Positions 8,030-12,147 of a stretch of 12,147 nt of DNA are shown here, in pieces. The DNA is from Pseudobacteriovorax sp. (GTDB taxonomy: Bacteria; Bdellovibrionota_B; Oligoflexia; Oligoflexales; Oligoflexaceae): positions 1-12,147 of the forward strand of contig JBNKNM010000174.1 of the NCBI GenBank assembly GCA_050293845.1. Reading direction: 5' to 3'. The notes below the pieces were generated by a model. It had not been told where the DNA came from and made no database searches. It saw only the letters and a list, made by a program, of their open reading frames with translations. The translations under genes were made by a program, and so were the position numbers. How positions within the stretch are numbered: position 1 is the stretch's first letter; the number at the start of each line of letters is the position of its first letter.

Positions 8030-8048
8030 TCTACAGCTAAGCTGTAGA
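8030..8048. promoter_or_regulatory. Perfect 8-bp inverted repeat in the thrS upstream region (hairpin or operator)
   Basis: TCTACAGC-TAA-GCTGTAGA, about 48 nt upstream of the thrS ATG. Confidence 0.4.
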
Positions 8049-8119
8049 GCTAAGCAACAATAGATAACCGAATCTTCACGACTCGTCCAGTTTTTCACCA
8101 AAAACGTCTAACCCTAAGG

Positions 8120-8971
8120 CTAGTTTATGCTTATGGGGCGGCTTGGGTCCGTAATCCACTCACTCCAAGAACCAGGGTAGAGTTTTGCCATTCCTAAACC
8201 AGCAATTTCCATAGCTAAAATATTGTGGGTGGCTGTGATTCCGGATCCACAATAACAAATGGCATCGGAGGCGTCTCCTCGCAGAAGCCCCAGAAACCTG
8301 GCACGGAGTTTATCGCTAGGTAGAAAGTGTCCCTCAGGCAATAGGTTTTTGGTGTAGTCTGCGCAAACTGCCCCTGTGATATGACCAGCGATGGGATCTA
8401 TAGGTTCCTTTTCGCCTGAATATCTTAGGTACTCGCGAGCGTCTAGAATGTCAGCCTTGTTGATGAGACGTGATACATCTTCTGCTCTTACTAGAATAGG
8501 GGGGGGTGGTTCTAACTCCCAGTTACCGCTGGGCCAGTGGGGAATAAACTGGGTCACCGGATAGCTCCCCCTTTCCCAAGCGGCATAGCCACCATCTAAA
8601 ACGGCTACCTCTTTAAAACCGATCCATCGCAGCATCCACCAGGCGCGGCTTGCCATGAATCCGCCACTTTGGTCATAAACAACCACCTGATCCTGAGGGT
8701 CTAACCCTGATTTTCTTACCCTTTGGTAGAAATCGTCTCGATCAGGTAGAGGGTGCCGACCTGTTATACCTTGCTGATGGGGTGCGGAGAGGTCTTTGCT
8801 GATGCTCCAGTAAATAGACTCAGGAATATGCCCTACTTTATACGAATTGATGCCATAGTGCGGGGCTTGCAGCTGATAGCGACAATCGATTATTTTCACC
8901 CTAGAGCCATCGATGAGGCTCATGAGCTCTTCAGCCTTTATGATAGTTGTATAGGGATTTTCTGGCTCCAT
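8120..8971 (-). CDS. sseA: Tandem rhodanese sulfurtransferase (3-mercaptopyruvate/thiosulfate sulfurtransferase, SseA-like)
   Basis: GHIPES, GRHPLP, ASRAWWML, VLDGG, GHITGA, active loop YCGSGITA and C-terminal LYPGSWSEW signature. Start at ATG 8971 (MEPENP) has GAGGT SD; ORF track start is 9013. Confidence 0.92.
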   Translation of the reverse strand: MEPENPYTTIIKAEELMSLIDGSRVKIIDCRYQLQAPHYGINSYKVGHIPESIYWSISKDLSAPHQQGITGRHPLPDRDDFYQRVRKSGLDPQDQVVVYDQSGGFMASRAWWMLRWIGFKEVAVLDGGYAAWERGSYPVTQFIPHWPSGNWELEPPPPILVRAEDVSRLINKADILDAREYLRYSGEKEPIDPIAGHITGAVCADYTKNLLPEGHFLPSDKLRARFLGLLRGDASDAICYCGSGITATHNILAMEIAGLGMAKLYPGSWSEWITDPSRPISIN

Positions 8972-9115
8972 GTTGACCTCAACAACAGTTTTCATTTTGG
9001 GACAATCTTCCAAAAAATTTAGCCGACAATGAATTTAACTGCTAGTGAAAAACCCTAGAACCCAACCCAAGATCGGAACTTTCACCTGAATTCGAATGAC
9101 TTTATAGTTCCGGAG

Positions 9116-9445
9116 TTAGAATTTGGTAGAAGATGGACTAAAAATGTTAGCAGCTTCTTGCCAGAGGGAGTCGAATCCATTGACGATAGGCTGTGTCCAT
9201 GTCCAAAACTTCCAGTTATGGCTTCTCGTAAGCCTTCCTTTTAGCTTTCCCTCAATCTGGTTTGCTTTTATTCCCGTTTTTATGATTTGGTTTATGGTGC
9301 TAATACATTCTTCTAATTCTAAGTTTGCTAGGTAGCGGAAAATTAGTTTAGCAATTTTTTCGATATCTTTTTCACTAAGATGTCTTGTTTCTTCGCTAGC
9401 TTGAGCAAATGACTGAAGCTGCGCTGTTAGCTCCTTGATTTTCAT
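9116..9445 (-). CDS. Hypothetical protein, 109 aa
   Basis: ATG with AGGAG SD and helical-looking composition; no family recognised. Confidence 0.7.
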   Translation of the reverse strand: MKIKELTAQLQSFAQASEETRHLSEKDIEKIAKLIFRYLANLELEECISTINQIIKTGIKANQIEGKLKGRLTRSHNWKFWTWTQPIVNGFDSLWQEAANIFSPSSTKF

Positions 9446-9476
9446 GGAAACTCCTACGGGTTGTATGGTCTACTTC

Positions 9477-9506
9477 ATTGTATTGCGAAAATTCATATAA
9501 ATACAA
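9477..9506 (-). promoter_or_regulatory. Candidate sigma70 promoter for the 109-aa ORF
   Basis: Minus strand TTGTAT-N18-TACAAT, about 30 nt upstream of the ATG at 9445. Confidence 0.3.
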
Positions 9507-9685
9507 TTGTCAGGTAAATTCTACTTAGCTAAGCTAGCGATACATCCCCATCCTAATATTTCACCTAAATCACCATTACTTCAGCAGAAAATGCTGAACG
9601 AGCGCCCGCTTAGGAGCTATTTTTTAACTACTGCCCCCGAACAAAGTGAAAATAGGAATTAGGTCCGGCGTCCATCGTCCGCATC

Positions 9686-9714
9686 TTGACAAGAGTTATG
9701 TTACTTCCTAGATT
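9686..9714 (+). promoter_or_regulatory. Sigma70-type promoter for the aldehyde dehydrogenase
   Basis: TTGACA (9686-9691), 17-nt spacer, TAGATT (9709-9714). Confidence 0.6.
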
Positions 9715-9786
9715 TGTGTGTTTATCGACCCTAAGAAGTGTCAAAAATAAGATTAGGAACTACGGCCGTTTTTATGTTAAAGTCCT

Positions 9787-9805
9787 TACTGACTGTTAGT
9801 CAGTA
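9787..9805. promoter_or_regulatory. Operator-like palindrome upstream of the aldehyde dehydrogenase
   Basis: TACTGACT-GTT-AGTCAGTA, perfect 8-bp arms, 33 nt before the likely start codon. Confidence 0.5.
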
Positions 9806-9838
9806 GTTATGCGAAGTCCCTATGTAAGGAATAACATT

Positions 9839-11248
9839 ATGTTACATCCACAAAAGCAGATCGTCGGTTACTCAGAGGAAGATATTGATCGCATACGCGA
9901 AGCTCAGTTGGAATACTTTCGGCTGGGTGGTATCCGGTCTGCCCAATCGCGCCTTGATGCATTAGATCGTTTGTTTAACGAGTTAACAGATAAAGAAGCG
10001 TCATTGCTGGAGGCTTTAGCTGACGATTTAGGCAAGCCAGAGTTTGAAGCCTATGCTGCCGAGATTGGCTTAGTCAAGGGAGAGATTAAATTTGCCAAAA
10101 GGAATCTCAAGTCCTGGATGAAACCAAAAAAAGTTAAAACACCTATGGCTTTGATGCCAGCTAAAAGCTACAAGGTGGCTCATCCCTTAGGGAGAACGCT
10201 TATCGTTGGACCCTGGAACTACCCGATACAGTTAACCTTGGTACCATTAATCGGGTCAATCAGTGCAGGTAATACCGCAATCGTAAAGCCTTCAGAACTA
10301 GCTCCTGCAAGTTCACGCATCATCTGTGAAATCATAGCGGCAAGCTTCCCACCTGAGTTGGTGGCTGCATTTGAAGGGGGCGTTGCATTGAGTCAGGCAT
10401 TGCTAAAGAAGCGGTGGGACCATATTTTCTTCACAGGTAGTACTCGGGTAGGCCAGGTTGTGGCCAAGGCCGCTGCAGAAACCATGTCACCCACAACCCT
10501 GGAGCTTGGTGGCAAAAGTCCTGTTTTTATTACTGAAAATGCCAACTTAGCCGTTGCAGTGAAGCGCATCATCTATGGAAAATTTTTCAACGCAGGCCAA
10601 ACCTGTGTGAGTCCAGACTATCTGTTAGTCCATGATTCCTTGCAGTCCAAACTGGTACCGATGCTGATTGCAGAAATCAAGCGTGTTTTTGGAGAACAAC
10701 CCGAAAACTCCCGGCACTTCGCTCGTATCATTAATGAGAGAAACCTGCATCGATTATTGAAAGCAATAGATAAAGAAAAAATTGTTTGTGGCGGGACCTA
10801 TGATGAGTCATCGCGTTATCTAGCACCTACCTTGCTTGATAAGGTTTCTTGGAATGATGAGATTATGAAAGATGAGATTTTTGGTCCTATACTTCCTGTA
10901 ATGTATTATTCTGACCTAGCAGAAACGGTAGCTACAGTAGAAATGAATGATTCCCCTTTAGCAGCATATATTTTTTCTGAGTCGAAGGATGAACAGAAGT
11001 TCATTAACGATAATTTAAGATTCGGTGGTGGCTGTATAAATGATACGATGCTTCACGTGGCTACCCATAACCTTCCTTTTGGCGGAGTTGGGTTTAGCGG
11101 TATCGGAGCTTATCATGGCAAGTATTCGTTTGATGCCTTTTCTCATTATAAGGGAATTGTTGATAACCCAACTTTTATTGATGTTCCCGTCCGCTACCCG
11201 CCATATTCTGGATGGAAACAAAAGATAGCTAAGATGATGCTAGGTTAA
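9839..11248 (+). CDS. NAD(P)+-dependent aldehyde dehydrogenase, ALDH3/YwdH-like (fatty/aromatic aldehyde type)
   Basis: GPWNYP, VKPSE, FFTGSTRVG, LELGGKSP (Glu), NAGQTCVSPDY (Cys), EIFGPILP and PFGGVGFSGIGAYHG. Start at ATG 9839 has AAGGA SD; ORF track start is 9809. Confidence 0.96.
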   Translation: MLHPQKQIVGYSEEDIDRIREAQLEYFRLGGIRSAQSRLDALDRLFNELTDKEASLLEALADDLGKPEFEAYAAEIGLVKGEIKFAKRNLKSWMKPKKVKTPMALMPAKSYKVAHPLGRTLIVGPWNYPIQLTLVPLIGSISAGNTAIVKPSELAPASSRIICEIIAASFPPELVAAFEGGVALSQALLKKRWDHIFFTGSTRVGQVVAKAAAETMSPTTLELGGKSPVFITENANLAVAVKRIIYGKFFNAGQTCVSPDYLLVHDSLQSKLVPMLIAEIKRVFGEQPENSRHFARIINERNLHRLLKAIDKEKIVCGGTYDESSRYLAPTLLDKVSWNDEIMKDEIFGPILPVMYYSDLAETVATVEMNDSPLAAYIFSESKDEQKFINDNLRFGGGCINDTMLHVATHNLPFGGVGFSGIGAYHGKYSFDAFSHYKGIVDNPTFIDVPVRYPPYSGWKQKIAKMMLG

Positions 11249-11944
11249 TGTTATTTTTTCTAACTAGTTTCCTAGCAATAGAAGTCGACTGACAGCTCAA
11301 GTGTGTACAGCTGTGGGTCGCTTAGCATTTTTGTCAGCAGTTGAAATGAGAACTAGCGTTTTCAACAGACATGCAATCATAGTCTAGTAAGTACATAATT
11401 ACAGTAAGAAACACGATAATTAAATGGTTGTTATAATAGCCAAATATGCTTTCAAGGAATTATGGCTATGGTAAACGATTTCCTTAAGATATTCTCGGAT
11501 GGTTGGGAAAATTTTTAAATTGGCAGTCCCTTCCTACGACAGCGAGTGACATGCGGCGTATATGGTTTTCAAAGCTATCAGTTTTACCCATAAACCAACT
11601 TTGCCATCATTGCAAACTGTATGTAAATACCCACGCGATTAAGGAGGATCGCTAGGAATTTTACTCAAGACGATATCAGAACTATTGGCTATCTTGGCCT
11701 TATCGTCGTCCTCTTTAAAACCCATAAGTTCATTGGAAAAGATGATGCTTTGCAACCTAAAAGAAGTCACCATTAGATTTTTATCCCACGGTCAAGTCCT
11801 TCTCGCTATGGTGCTGCAGGGCTTTGGTTTTGCTATCACAGGTCACTAAACTGGGGGGTGCATAATATTAACCATCATCTTTGATTTGGTAATTTCATAA
11901 AAGATTATTTGTGAGATTGCACTACCGCATGAGATGTCTAGGTT

Positions 11945-11953
11945 TGGTATAAT
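11945..11953 (+). promoter_or_regulatory. Extended -10 element, possibly for a gene at or beyond the right edge
   Basis: TG-G-TATAAT; no well-spaced -35 seen. Confidence 0.3.
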
Positions 11954-12147
11954 TACAATGATTTCAAATTTACTCAATCTTAGCTGGTAATTGCACGTTT
12001 TCACTGTTTTATGTTGCTGTATTTGAATCCTCTAAACATTAAGATTATTGCTAAATACTCAGAACTTGGTATCTCTTTGTTATAGCAGTTCGGAGACAAT
12101 TTATTGGAGAATAGTCAGATGTTCAAGGCATGGGCACTCGAGTGAAA

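Noticed and set aside
7983..8119. tRNA-Thr anticodon-mimic operator or T-box in the thrS leader
   Set aside because: Hairpins exist, but none displays an NGU-centred 7-nt loop, and there is no T-box consensus.
8499..8506. G8 homopolymer in the sulfurtransferase as a phase-variation tract
   Set aside because: It encodes a PPPP interdomain linker, the frame is intact, and the gene is not a typical contingency locus.
1315..11228. Short antisense or overlapping ORFs in the track (e.g. 1315-1503, 1370-1585, 4730-4951, 7377-7628, 8753-9022, 11015-11221)
   Set aside because: They are shadows of well-supported genes and show no motifs.
12119..12147. Gene start at the right edge (GGAG then ATG 12119, or ATG 12130)
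   Set aside because: The ATG 12119 frame stops after 8 codons, and the 12130 frame has only 6 codons visible; too little to call.
1..12147. CRISPR array, tRNA or rRNA genes
   Set aside because: No regularly spaced repeats, cloverleaf or rRNA signatures were seen.

Overview
Bacterial genomic window, moderately AT-rich. It opens on the extreme 3' end of an IS200/IS605-family element: the tnpB C-terminus (DVNAALNI motif), a subterminal hairpin with GAAT, and a TCAA terminus at 104. This is also the 3' part of the omega/reRNA, with the guide taken from flanking DNA. Seven minus-strand genes follow: nitroreductase, a lipoprotein-type oligopeptidase B, a thioredoxin with an atypical WGPGCAPC site, an aldo/keto reductase, thrS (not followed by infC), a rhodanese-type sulfurtransferase and a 109-aa hypothetical protein. 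A divergent plus-strand ALDH3-like aldehyde dehydrogenase has a good sigma70 promoter and an operator-like palindrome. The last ~900 bp have no long ORF. Most content is ordinary housekeeping or redox metabolism. The best leads are the TnpB/omegaRNA end, several unexplained intergenic inverted repeats and a candidate amphipathic micro-peptide. I could not support a claim of a wholly new system from this window alone.
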